Below are positions 1 to 11,400 of a stretch of DNA of 64,000 bases, piece after piece. The number at the start of each line of letters is the position of its first letter. Within the stretch, counting starts at the first letter, position 1. The translations under genes and the position numbers were made by a program. Source of the stretch: Nitrosopumilus sp. Lineage in GTDB: Archaea; Thermoproteota; Nitrososphaeria; Nitrososphaerales; Nitrosopumilaceae. Location of the stretch: positions 32,001-96,000 of the forward strand of contig OZ242041.1 of the NCBI GenBank assembly GCA_965205215.1. The letters are read 5' to 3'. A model generated the notes under the pieces. That model did no database searches and was not told the origin of the DNA. It saw only the letters and a program-made list of their open reading frames with translations.

Positions 1-2010
1 AAAGGAGTCGACGAACGTGGCCGTGGAGACGTCGAACGTGCCGACGATTTCGTTCCCTTCGACATCTTGCACCGCCCCGGGCTCTATGGTCAGCTCCGGT
101 ACGGTCATTGCCGCGACCGTCCCGCGGTGCGATGGAGTGAGGGTGAACGATACGGTTGCAGAGTCGGCAGAGGTGCCGAGCTCGGATGCAGTCAGCGTTA
201 CGCCGCCCGTGTAGTTGCCCGACTCCCTCACGTGTATCTTGGCGGCATCCACGTTTGCCGCGGGCGTGACGTCTATAACCTCTGAAAAGGTGATCGTCAG
301 CACCCCCGTGGAACTGGCAAGCCCGGCGAAGAGGAACTCCGGGGGCGGATCCACGTTGTTTACGGTGACGGTTACGGTATCGGGGGGCGAGTCGACGGTC
401 CCGTCGCTTACCACGAGCGTGAACGTGATGTCGGTGGACGACGTGACAAACGGCGCCGCAAACACCGGGCTCTGGCCCGTCAGGGTGATCCGCGGGGTGC
501 TGTCGCTCGTCCACGAGTACGTCAGGGTGTCGCCGGAATCGGGATCGGAGGAGCCCGAGCCGTCCAGGGTGACCGTGGAGCCCTCGTTTACCGTCCGGTC
601 GAGGCCGGCGTCCGCAGTCGGCGGGTGGTTGTCCACCACAATCGGGTAGACGGAGCGCAGGTCGTACTCGTTTACGTTGTCTTCGGCAGTGCCCACCACG
701 AACATCTTGGCGCCGCCGCCGGAGAATGCCACGCCTGACGGAAGGATCTCCTGCGCCGAGACGTCAAAGGCGGTGACGTGGGTCGCCGTGGAGACGTCAA
801 ATGCGGTGGACAGGGCGTACTCGTTTACGTCCTCTCCGTCACCACCCGTCACGAACATCTTGGCGCCGTCGCCGGAGAATGCCATGCCCCATGGACGGAT
901 CTCCTGCGCCGAGACGCCAAAGGCGTCTACGAACGTCGCCGTGGAGACGTCAAATGCGGTGGACAGGGCGTACTCGTTTACGTCGTTTCCGTCATCACCC
1001 ACCACGAACATCTTGGCGCCGTCGCCGGAGAATGCCACGTCGTGTGGAAAGGTATCCTGCCCCCCGACGGAAAAGGCGTCGACGAATGTAGCCGTGGAGG
1101 CGTCAAATGCGGTGGACAGGGTGTACTCGTTTACGTCGTCCCCGGCAGTGCCCACCACGAACATCTTGGCGCCGTCGCCGGAGAATGCCACGCCTGACGG
1201 ACTGGACTCCTGCGCCGAGACGTCAAAGGCGTCTACGAACGTCGCCGTGGAGGCGTCAAATGCGGTGGACAGTGTATACTCGTTTACGTCGGCCCCGTCA
1301 AAACCCACCACGAACATCTTGGCGCCGTCGCCGGAGAACGCCACGCCTGACGGATTGGTCTCCTGTGCCGAGACGTCGAATGCGTCGACGAATGTAGCCG
1401 TGGAGACGTCAAACGTGCCGGCGATTGCGTTCCCGTCAGTGTCTTGCACCGCCCCGGGCTCTATGGTCAGTTCCGGCGCGGCCATCCCCGCGACCGTTGT
1501 ACGGTGCGGCGTGGTGAGGGTGAAAGATATGGTGGCAGAGTCGGCAGTCGTGCCAAGCTCTGATGCAGCCAGCGTTATGCCGCCCGTGTAGCTGCCCGAC
1601 TCCCTCACGTGTATCTTGGCAGATACGACGTTTGCCGCGGGCGTGACGTCTATATCCTCTGAAAAGGTGATCGTCAGCACCCCAGTGGACGGGTCAAGCG
1701 TGGAGGATACGAACGCCGGGGGCCCCGTCTGGGCCCACGCGTAACCCGGCATGAATCCGTGTCCCGCCGGATGCGGCGCCATGTGAGGCCCAAGATCCTG
1801 CTGCATCAGCAGGTGGCCCGCAGACGCGGCTGCCAGCAGCAGCAGCACCGCCGCCAGCACGGCCGTCACCCGGAGCCCGGACGCGCCGCGGCGCCGGGCC
1901 CGCGGCGCCCTCCCCCGGGCCGCGCGCGCAGGGCCGCCTGCCGGCGCCGCGGACGCAGGGATCGCCGCGCTGGTCTGGCCGGTCCCCGGCCCGCGTCTCG
2001 CGGGCGTCAT
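1..2010 (-). CDS. Giant surface protein A (5' part; runs off the left edge): leader peptide, Ig-like domain with 5-blade beta-propeller, PKD-like domain, next Ig/propeller unit
   Basis: CAT at 2008-2010 opens a frame nearly identical to the N-terminus of the 3896-aa ORF (MTPARRGPGTGQTSAAIP...AVLAAVLLLLAAASAGH...PGYAWAQTGPPAFVSSTLD). It is absent from the ORF track, consistent with no stop inside the window. 51-aa repeats xxPxGVAFSGDGAKMFVVG..VNEY. Confidence 0.85.
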   Translation of the reverse strand, partial: MTPARRGPGTGQTSAAIPASAAPAGGPARAARGRAPRARRRGASGLRVTAVLAAVLLLLAAASAGHLLMQQDLGPHMAPHPAGHGFMPGYAWAQTGPPAFVSSTLDPSTGVLTITFSEDIDVTPAANVVSAKIHVRESGSYTGGITLAASELGTTADSATISFTLTTPHRTTVAGMAAPELTIEPGAVQDTDGNAIAGTFDVSTATFVDAFDVSAQETNPSGVAFSGDGAKMFVVGFDGADVNEYTLSTAFDASTATFVDAFDVSAQESSPSGVAFSGDGAKMFVVGTAGDDVNEYTLSTAFDASTATFVDAFSVGGQDTFPHDVAFSGDGAKMFVVGDDGNDVNEYALSTAFDVSTATFVDAFGVSAQEIRPWGMAFSGDGAKMFVTGGDGEDVNEYALSTAFDVSTATHVTAFDVSAQEILPSGVAFSGGGAKMFVVGTAEDNVNEYDLRSVYPIVVDNHPPTADAGLDRTVNEGSTVTLDGSGSSDPDSGDTLTYSWTSDSTPRITLTGQSPVFAAPFVTSSTDITFTLVVSDGTVDSPPDTVTVTVNNVDPPPEFLFAGLASSTGVLTITFSEVIDVTPAANVDAAKIHVRESGNYTGGVTLTASELGTSADSATVSFTLTPSHRGTVAAMTVPELTIEPGAVQDVEGNEIVGTFDVSTATFVDSF

Positions 2011-2224
2011 CCCGACCACGCCCCCGCGACCCTGATGGTCGCCTCGACGCCCCAGTCTCCCGGACCGCCGCCGCCGCCGCCGCCGCCGCCGTCATACCGG
2101 GCGCGAATCTTCACCTTGTATTCCTCGTCCTCCTCCAGGCCGGTGATGGTCCGGGAGGGTTCGGCCGGGAAGGCGTTGCCGGTCAGGTCCGTCCAGGTCA
2201 GGTAGGGATCGCCGGCCTTGGCCC
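1660..2224. repeat. Direct repeat copy 1 of the gene junction (FN3 3' end + ATGA + leader of the next gene)
   Basis: Near-identical to ~13802-14351; differs in (CCG)n length and scattered substitutions. Ends approximate. Confidence 0.85.
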
Positions 2225-2465
2225 GGGATACCCGGTAGTCGACCGGTGCCTCGCTGGGAATGTCCCACGTTATGGTTGTGGCGCCGGGTGCGGTGCTGTT
2301 CAGGGTTATGCCGGATATTTCGCGGGGCCCCACTTGCTGCTGCTGGGATACGGGCGGGTCGTCGTCGTCGTCGTCGTCGCTGCCGCCGTCCCGTCGCCGC
2401 AGTAATAGCCGCCGCCACTGCTGTTGCTGTCGTCGGCGGGGCCGCGACGGCCGAGTGCGGATCAT
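2007..2465 (-). CDS. FN3-like domain ORF; probably the detached C-terminal domain of protein B
   Basis: Encodes GPREISGITLNS...DYRVSRAKAGDPYLTWTDLTGNAFPAEPS...YKVKIRARY...EATIRVAG, the module that ends proteins C, D and E. The N-terminal ~25 aa look off-frame. ATGA overlaps with both neighbours. Confidence 0.55.
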   Translation of the reverse strand: MIRTRPSRPRRRQQQQWRRLLLRRRDGGSDDDDDDDPPVSQQQQVGPREISGITLNSTAPGATTITWDIPSEAPVDYRVSRAKAGDPYLTWTDLTGNAFPAEPSRTITGLEEDEEYKVKIRARYDGGGGGGGGGPGDWGVEATIRVAGAWSG

Positions 2466-5400
2466 CGGCAGACCCTCGGGGCGACCGGCTGTGGCGGCGT
2501 GACGGGCGGATCCGGCATGCCGCCGGGGCCGTCGTCGTCGTCGTCGCCGGCGGCAAGGGTGGTGATTATAACGGGGATCGAGTGTTCCGACGTGCCGCCG
2601 GGGCCGAGCGCCGCGACCGCGAACTCGTACGTGGTGCCGGGCGCCAACCCCCGCACCACATACGAGGTGTCAGCGGAGCCGGTGTCTGGCACCAACACGA
2701 TAAGCTCGGGCTGGACTGCCGGGATCCTGTACAGTATCACATACCCGGTTACTGGAGTGTCGCCTGTGGGGGCGTCCCAGGACAGCACCGCGGTGGAGGC
2801 GGTGACGGTGGCGTTTGCAAGGTTTGCCGGCGGGGGCGGCGTGTCCGCCTGGCGGTCGGGCAGCTGCACCCCGCGCGGGGAGCCGGGGTCGGCGGCGGGG
2901 GTGAAAGTGGCCGACACCAGTGCCCTGCTGTCCCCGGCAAAGAACGCGACTCCCACGGGCGAGTCGCTCGCGGCCGGGACTGGTATGGACGCGGCCGGGG
3001 CCGTGCCCGGGGGCGGGAGGTCAAACGGCGCGGACAGGGCGTACGAGAGCACGGTGCCGCTGCCGGCGCGGGCAGAGGCCGTCACGAGCAGGACCGTGCC
3101 GTCCGCGGATATGGCCACGTCTGATATGGAGCCGTACGAGGGCGGTATCGTGAGGGAGTCCGCGGGGGCGCCGGACGACGGGTCAAACGGGGTCTCCAGG
3201 GCGTACGAGAGTATGAAGCCGCCGCCCCTGGGCGCGGGGACGGCGGCGTACATTATGGTGCCGTTGTGGGAAAACGCCGCGCCGGCGGGGGCGGAGAACT
3301 GGCTGGAGGAGAGTACGGCGGGGTCGGAGAGGAAGGCAGTCGAGATGTCAAAGGGGGTGGAGAGCGAGTACTCGAGTATGTACGCGTGGGCGACGTCGTG
3401 GGAGGACGCCGGATGCAGTGGTACGGCGGCGGCCCGGGGGGAGGGGGAGGAGGAGGGCGGCAGGAACGCAGGCGCGATGCCGGCGGGGCCGCCATATCCG
3501 AAGAGGGCCGGGACGGGCGGCTGCATCGCGGAGGCAGAGGCGCCTGCAGACGCGCCCGTGGTGACGAACATCTTCATGCCGTCCAGCGACACCGTAATGC
3601 TGGTGGGCTGCCCGTACTCTGCCGGGATATCCACGGTGTCGTTGCGGAAGACGGCGGACGCCGGGTCGTGGGGTACGGTCAGGTCGTACGAGAGTATGGT
3701 GCCGTTGGCGGCGCCGGTGGTGGGGGCGGCAGTTATGATCAGTATGGAGCCGTTGTACGACATGGCCGCGTCCGTTATGGTGGCGTTGGGTAAGGTGACC
3801 ATGGTGACGTTCTCGGGGGCCAGTCCCGCGCCCATGGGCGTCGACGGCACGTCCCGTACCGTGATTGTGACGGTGTCAGTGGCAGTCAGCGCGCCGTCAA
3901 ATACCGCAAGGGTGAATACAATGTCCGTGCCAGACGTGACGCTGGGCGCCGTGAATACCGGGGTCGGGCCCGTCAGGGTGATCCGGGGGGTGCCGTCGCT
4001 CGTCCACAGGTATGACAAATCGTCGGAGTCCGGATCCTCGGAACCGGTGCCGTCGAGCGTGACCGTTACACCCTCGCTTACGGTCTGGTCGTCGCCGGCA
4101 TCGGCTACAGGCGGCCGGTTGGGTGGGATGTCGTTGACTGTAATGACAACCGTGTCCGTGGCAGTCAGCGCGCCGTCAGATACGGTGAGGGCGAATACAA
4201 TGTCCGTGCCAGACGTGACGCTGGGCGCCACAAACGTCGGACTTGCCGCCGTGGCGCTTGAGAGCGTCACCGCGGGGGTGCCTGCCGTCTGGGTCCACGA
4301 GTACGTCAGGGGGTCTGAGTCCGGGTCGGTGGAGCCCGAGCCGTCCAGCGTGACCGTGTCGCCCTCGTATGCGGTCTGGTCCGCGCCCGCGTCCGCAACC
4401 GGGGGCAGGTTGCCCCCCGTCACGTTTTGGACGGTGATTGTGACGGTGTCCGTGGCAGTCAGCGCGCCGTCAGATACGGTGAGGGCGAATACAATGTCCG
4501 TGTCAGACGTGACGCTGGGCGCCACAAACGTCGGGCTTGCCGCCGTGGCGCTTGAGAGCGTCACCGTGGGTGTGCCCGACGTCTGCGCCCACGAGTACGT
4601 TATAGTGTCGCCGGGGTTCGGATCACTGGAACGGGAGCCGTCCAGCGTGACCGTCACACCCTCGTTTACGGTCTGGTCCGTACCCGCGTTAGCAACCGGG
4701 GGCTGGTTGGTGGGTGGCGGCGGTGGCGGCGGTGGCGGCGGTGGCGGCGGTGGCGGCGGTGGCGGCGGTGGTGTTGGCTGCTGCTGCGCGTCCAGGACCG
4801 TGATGACGACTGTGTCCGTGTCAGTCAGTGTGCCGTCAGACACCGTAAGGGTGAACACTATGCGTTGCTGCGAGTCGACTGCCGGCGCCGTAAACGTCGG
4901 GCTTGCCGCCGTGGCGCTTGAGAGCGTCACCGTGGGTGTGCCCGACGTCTGCGCCCACGAGTACGTCAGGGTGTCGCCGGGGTTCGGATCACTGGAACGG
5001 GAGCCGTCCAGTCTGACCGTGGCGCCCTCGCTTACCGTCCGGTCCGCACCCGCGTCCGCGGTCGGGGGCAGGTTGGGGAGCGGTACGCCCCGGTCTGCCA
5101 CCGCGATCGGGTAGACGGATCTCAGGTCGTACTCGTTTACGTCGTTTCCGTTATTACCCAGCACGAACATCTTGGCGCCGTCGCCGGAGAACGCCACGTC
5201 CTCTGGATAGTCCTCCTGCGCCGAGACGTCAAAGTCGCGGACGAACGTCGCCGTGGAGACGTCGAATGCGGCGGTCAGGTTGTACTCGTTTACGGCGTCT
5301 CCGTCAAAACCCACCACGAACATCTTGGAGCCGTCGCCTGAGAACGCCACGCCTGATGGAAGGGTCTCCTGCGCCCTGACGGAAAAGGAGTCGACGAATG

Positions 5401-8400
5401 CCGCCGTGGAGACGTCAAACGGGACGGTCAGGTCGTACTCGCTTACTTCGTCCCAGGTGGTACCCACCACGAACATCTTGGAGCCGTCGCCGGAGAACGC
5501 CATGCCCCGCGGAGCGGTCTCCTGCGCCCTGATGGAAAAGGAGTCGACGAATGCCGCCGTGGAGACGTCAAATACAGTGGACAGGACGTACTCGTTTACG
5601 TCGTCCCCGAAGCCACCCAGCACGAACATCCTGGTCCCGTCGCCGGAGAACGCCACGCTTTGCGGAGATCTCTCCTGCCCTCCGATGCCAAAGTCGCGGA
5701 CGAATGTGGCCGTGGAGACGTCGAATGCGGCGGACAGGGAGTACTCGTTTACGTCGTCCCCGGAACCGTCCACCACGAACATCCTGGTCCCGTCGCCGGA
5801 GAACGCCATGCCCCGCGGGGTGGTATCCTGCGCCCTGACGGAAAAGGAGTCGACGAACCTCGCCGTGGAGACGTCAAACGTGCCGACGATCGCGTTCCCT
5901 TCAGCATCCCGCACCGCCCCGGGCTCTATGGTCAGCTCCGGTACGGTCATTGCCGCGACCGTCCCGCGGTGCGATGGAGTGAGGGTGAACGATATGGCGG
6001 CAGAGTCCGTAGTGGTGTCAAGCTCGGCGGCAGTCAGCGTTATGCCGCCCGTGTAGTTGCCCGACTCCCTCACGTGTATCTTGGCAGATACGACGTTTGC
6101 CGCGGGCGTTACATCTACATCCTCCGAAAAGGTGATCGTCAGCACCCCCGTGGAACTGGCAAGCCCGGCGAAGAGGAACGCCGGGGGCGGGTCGGCCGGC
6201 TCTATCACCGTGATCGGGTAGACGGAGGCCAGGGAGTACTCGTTTACGTCGTTTCCGGTATCGCCCACCACGAACATCTTGGCGCCGTCGCCGGAGAACG
6301 CCACGCCTGATGGACGGGTCTCCTGCGCCCTGACGGAAAAGGCGTCGACGAACGTCGCCGTGGAGGCGTCGAATGCGGCGGACAGGGAGTACTCGTTTAC
6401 GTCGTCCCCGGCACCACCCAGCACGAACATCTTGGCGCCGTTGCCTGAGAACGCCACGTCCTCTGGGGCGGTATCCTGCCCCGAGACGTCGAATGCGTCG
6501 ACAAACGTCGCCGTGGAGGCGTCGAATGCAACGGACAGGGTATACTCGTTTACGTCCTCTCCGGCATGGCCCACCACGAACATCCTGGTCCCGTCGCCGG
6601 AGAACGCCATGCCCCGCGGAAGGGTCTCCTGCCCCGAGACGTCGAATGCGTCGACGAATGCAGCCGTGGAGGCGTCAAATGCGGTGGTCAGTCCGTACTC
6701 GTTTACGTCGTCCCCGTCAGAACCCAACACGAACATCCTGGCGCCGTCGCCGGAGAACGCCACGTCTTCTGGATAGGCATCCTGCCCCCCGACGCCAAAG
6801 GCGTCGACGAACCTCGCCGTGGAGGCGTCAAATGCGGCGGACAGTGTATACTCGTTTACGTCGTCCCCGGCAGTGCCCACCACGAACATCCTGGCGCCGT
6901 CGCCTGAGAACGCCACGCCTGACGGACTGGCCTCCTGCGCCGAGACGTCAAATGCGTCGACGAACCTCGCCGTGGAGACGTCAAACGTGCCGACTATCGT
7001 ATTGCCGTCAGTGTCTTGCACCGCCCCGGGCTCTATGGTCAGCTCCGGTACGGTCATTGCCGCGACCGCCTCACGGTGCGGTGTGGTGAGGGCGAACGAT
7101 ACGGTGGCAGAGTCGGCATCCGTAACAAGCTCGGCCGCAGTCAGCGTTATGCCGCCCGCGTAGCTGCCCGACTCCCTCACGTGTATCTTGGCAGATACGA
7201 CGTTTGTTTCGGGCGTGGCGTCTATGGTTTCTGAAAAGGTGATCGCCAGCACCCCCGTGGACGTGTCAAGTGAGGATAAGACGAACTCCGGGGGCGGGCT
7301 GGCGGGGGGAGTCGCGCCCCGCACCGTTACGGTGACGGCGTCCGTGTCAGTCTGCGAGGCCGCATTGGTTACGGTAAGGGCGAATACCAGGGTGGCCGCA
7401 CTGCCGGGGGCGGCGAACGTGGGCGAGGCCGTGTTGCCGCCTGCAAGCGTTACGGTGGCGCCCGAGGTCTGGCTCCACGAGTATCCGGTGGCGCCAGTCG
7501 AGCCCGAGCCGTCAAGCGTTACGGTGGAGCCGGCAGGTACAGTCTGGTCGGGGCCGGCGTCGGCATCCAGGGGCGGGGCCTGCGAGACGTCCCGTATGGC
7601 AAGCGCCATGGAATCAGTCGCCTGCAGGGCGCCGTCGCTCACGGTCAGGCTCAGCGTAACCGCGGCGTCCGAGTCCACCTGCGGAAGCGTGACTGCGGGG
7701 TTGAGCGCGGACGTGTCCGAGAACGTTACGACAGGCGACGCCGGGGACTGGCTCCAGGAATACGTCAGGGCGTCGCCGTCGGGGTCCGACGCGGCGGCGC
7801 CGGGCGAAAACGTCTCCCCCTCGTCAAGGGCGCGGTCTGCGCCGGCGTCCGCAACCGGGGCCTGGTTGGCAGGGTCTGCCACCGTGATCGGGTAGACGGA
7901 GGCCAGGGCGTACTCGTTTACGTCGTCTTCGGCACTGCCCGTCACGAACATCCTGGAGCCGTCGCCGGAGAATGTGACGCCTGTCGGGTTGTTGTCCTGC
8001 CCCGAGACGTCGAATGCGCCGGCGTGGGTCGCCGTGGAGACGTCGAATGCGGCGGACAGGCGGTACTCGTGTACGTCGCCACTGCCGGTGCCCGTCACGA
8101 ACATCCTGGAGCCGTCGGCTGAGAACGCCACGCCCGTCGGAAAGGTGTCCTGCCCCCCGACGAAAAAGGAGTCGACGAACGTCGCCGTGGAGGCGTCAAA
8201 CGGGAAGGACAGGGTGTACTCGTTTACGTCGTCCCCGTTAGTACCCAGCACGAACATCTTGGTGCCGTCGGCTGAGAACGCCACGTCCTGCGGGACGGTC
8301 TCCTGCGCCCTGACGTCGAACGCGTCGACGAATGTCCTCGTGGAGGCGTCAAATGCGGTGGACAGGTCGTACTCGTTTACGCCGCTCCGTTGGGTGCCCA

Positions 8401-11400
8401 CCACGAACATCTTGGAGCCGTCGCCGGAGAACGCCATGCCCGTTGGGGTGGTCTCCTGCGCCGAGACGGAGGTGTCGTCGACGAATGTAGCCGTGGAGGC
8501 GTCGAATGCGGTGGACAGGTCGTACTCGTTTATGTCCTCTCCGAGAAAGCCCACCACGAACATCTTGGAGCCGTCGCCGGAGAACGCGACGTCCGCTGGA
8601 ACGCCGTCCTGCCCCGAGACGTCGAATGCGTCGACGAACGTCGCCGTGGTGACGTCAAACGTGCCGACTATCGTATTGCCGGCGGTGTCTTGCACCGCCC
8701 CGGGCTCTATGGTAAGCTCCGGTTCGGTCATTGCCGCGACCGTCTCGTTGTGCGGTGTAGTGAGGGTGAACGATACGGTTGCAGAGTCCGTAGTGGTGTC
8801 AAGCTCGGAGGCAGTCAGCGTTATGCCGCCCGTATGGTTGCCTGACTCCCTCACGTGTATCTTGGAGGTGTCGACGTTTGCCGCGGGCGTGACGTCCACA
8901 TCCTCCGAAAAGGTGATCGTCAGCGCCCCCGTGGACGGGTCAAGCACGGAGGAGACGAACGCCGGGGGCGGATCCACGTTGTTTACGGTGACGGTTACGG
9001 TATCGGGGGGCGAGTCGGCGGTCCCGTCGTTCACCACGAGCGTGAACGTGATGCCGGTGGACGACGTGACATCCGGCGCGGTAAACGTCGGGCTCTCGCC
9101 CGTCAGGGTGATCCGCGGGGTGCTGTCGCTCGTCCACGAGTACTCCAGGGTGTCGCCGGAATCGGGATCGGAGGAGCCCGAGCCGTCCAGGGTGACCGTG
9201 GAGCCCTCGTTTACCGTCCGGTCGAGGCCGGCGTCCGCAGTCGGCGGGCGGTTGGCCAGCGTGATCGGGTAGACGGAGGCCAGGTCGTACTCGTTTATGT
9301 CCTCTCCGAGAAAGCCCACCACGAACATCTTGGAGCCGTCGCCGGAGAACGCGACGTCCGCTGGAACGCCGTCCTGCCCCGAGACGTCGAATGCGTCGAC
9401 GAATGCAGCCGTGGAGGCGTCGAATGCGGAGGACAGGGCATACTCGTTTACGTCGTCTTCGGCACTGTCCACCACGAACATCCTGGAGCCGTCGCTTGAG
9501 AACGCCACGCCCGTGGGATTGGACGCCTGCGCCGAGACGTCGAATGCGCCGGCGTGGGTCGCCGTGGAGACGTCGAACGCGGCGGTCAGGGAGTACTCGT
9601 GTACGTCGCCACTGCCGGTGCCAGTCACGAACATCCTGGAGCCGTCGGCTGAGAACGCCACGCCCGTCGGAAAGGTGTCCTGCCCCCCGACGAAAAAGGA
9701 GTCGACGAACGTCGCCGTGGAGGCGTCAAACGGGGGGGACAGTCCGTACTCGTTTACGTCGTCCCCGTTAGCACCCAGCACGAACATCTTGGTGCCGTCG
9801 GCTGAGAACGCCACGTCCTGCGGACTGGTCTCCTGCTCCCTGACGTCGAACGCGTCGACGAATGTCCTCGTGGAGGCGTCAAATGCGGTGGACAGGGTGT
9901 ACTCGTTTACGTCGCTCCCTTGGGTGCCCGTCACGAACATCTTGGAGCCGTCGCCGGAGAACGCCATGCCCGTTGGGGTGGTCTCCTGCGCCGAGACGGA
10001 GGTGTCGTCGACAAAGTCCGCCGTGGAGACGTCAAACGTGCCGACTATCGTATTGCCGGCGGCGTCCTTGACGGCCCCGGGCTCCATGGTCAGCTCCGGT
10101 ACGGTCATTGCCGCGACCGCTTCGCGGTGCGATGTGGTAAGGGTGAACGATACGGTTGCAGAGTCCGTAGTGGTGCCGAGCTCGGAGGCAGCCAGCGTTA
10201 TGCCGCCCGTGTAGCTGCCCGACTCCCTCACGTGTATCTTGGAGGTGTCGACGTTTGCCGCGGGCGTGACGTCCACATCCTCCGAAAAGGTGATCGCCAG
10301 CGCCCCCGTGGACGTGTCAAGTGTGGAGGAGACGAACTTCGGGGGCGGGTCATGTACCACGTTGTCTACGGTTATGGTTACGGTGTCGGGTGGCGAGTCG
10401 GCGGTCCCGTCGCTTACCACGAGCGTGAACGTGATGTCGGTGGACGACGTGACAAACGGCGCCGTAAACGTCGGGCGCTCGCCCGCCAGGGTGATCTGCG
10501 GGGTGCTGTCGCTCGTCCACGAGTACTCCAAGGTGGCGCCAAAGTCGGGATCGGAGGAGCCCGAGCCGTCAAGCGTCACGGTGGCTCCCTCGTTTACCGT
10601 CTGGCCGGGGCCGGCGTCCGCAGTCGGCGGGTGGTTGTCCACTACAATCGGGTAGACGGAGGCCAGGTCGTACTCGTTTACGGCGTCTTCGGCACTGCCC
10701 ACCACGAACATCTTGGTGCCGTCGCTTGAGAATGCCATGCCTGTTGGAGTGGCCTCCTGCGCCTCGACACTAAAGGCGTCGACGAACGTCGCCGTGGAGA
10801 TGTCGAATGCGGTGGACAGGGTGTACTCGTTTACGTCGTTTCCGTCATTGCCCAGCACGAACATCTTGGAGCCGTCGCCGGATAACGCCACGTCTTGTGG
10901 ACTGGAATCCTGCGCCGAGACGGAGGTGTCGTCGACGAACGTCGCCGTGGAGATGTCGAATGCGGTGGACAGGGTGTACTCGTTTACGGCGTCTAGGCCA
11001 GTACCCACCACGAACATCTTGGAGCCGTTGCCTGAGAACGCCACGCCTCCCAAAAGGAGATGCCCCGGGAGGTCAAAGGTGTGGACGTATTCCGCCGTGG
11101 AGGCGTCGAATGCGGTGGACAGGGAGTACTCGTGTACGTCGCCACTGGAAACACCCACCACGAACATCTTGGAGCCGTCGCCTGAGAACGCCACGCCTTC
11201 TGGATCGGTCTCATTCCCCGAGACGTCAAAGGCGTCGACGAACGTCGCCGTGGAGACGTTGAATGCAGTGGACAGGGTGTACTCGTTTACGTCGTCCCCG
11301 GCACCACCCAGCACGAACATCTTGGAGCCGTCGCCGGATAACGCCACGCCTGTTGGACGGGTCTCCTGCCCCGAGACGTCAAATGCGTCGACGAATGTAG

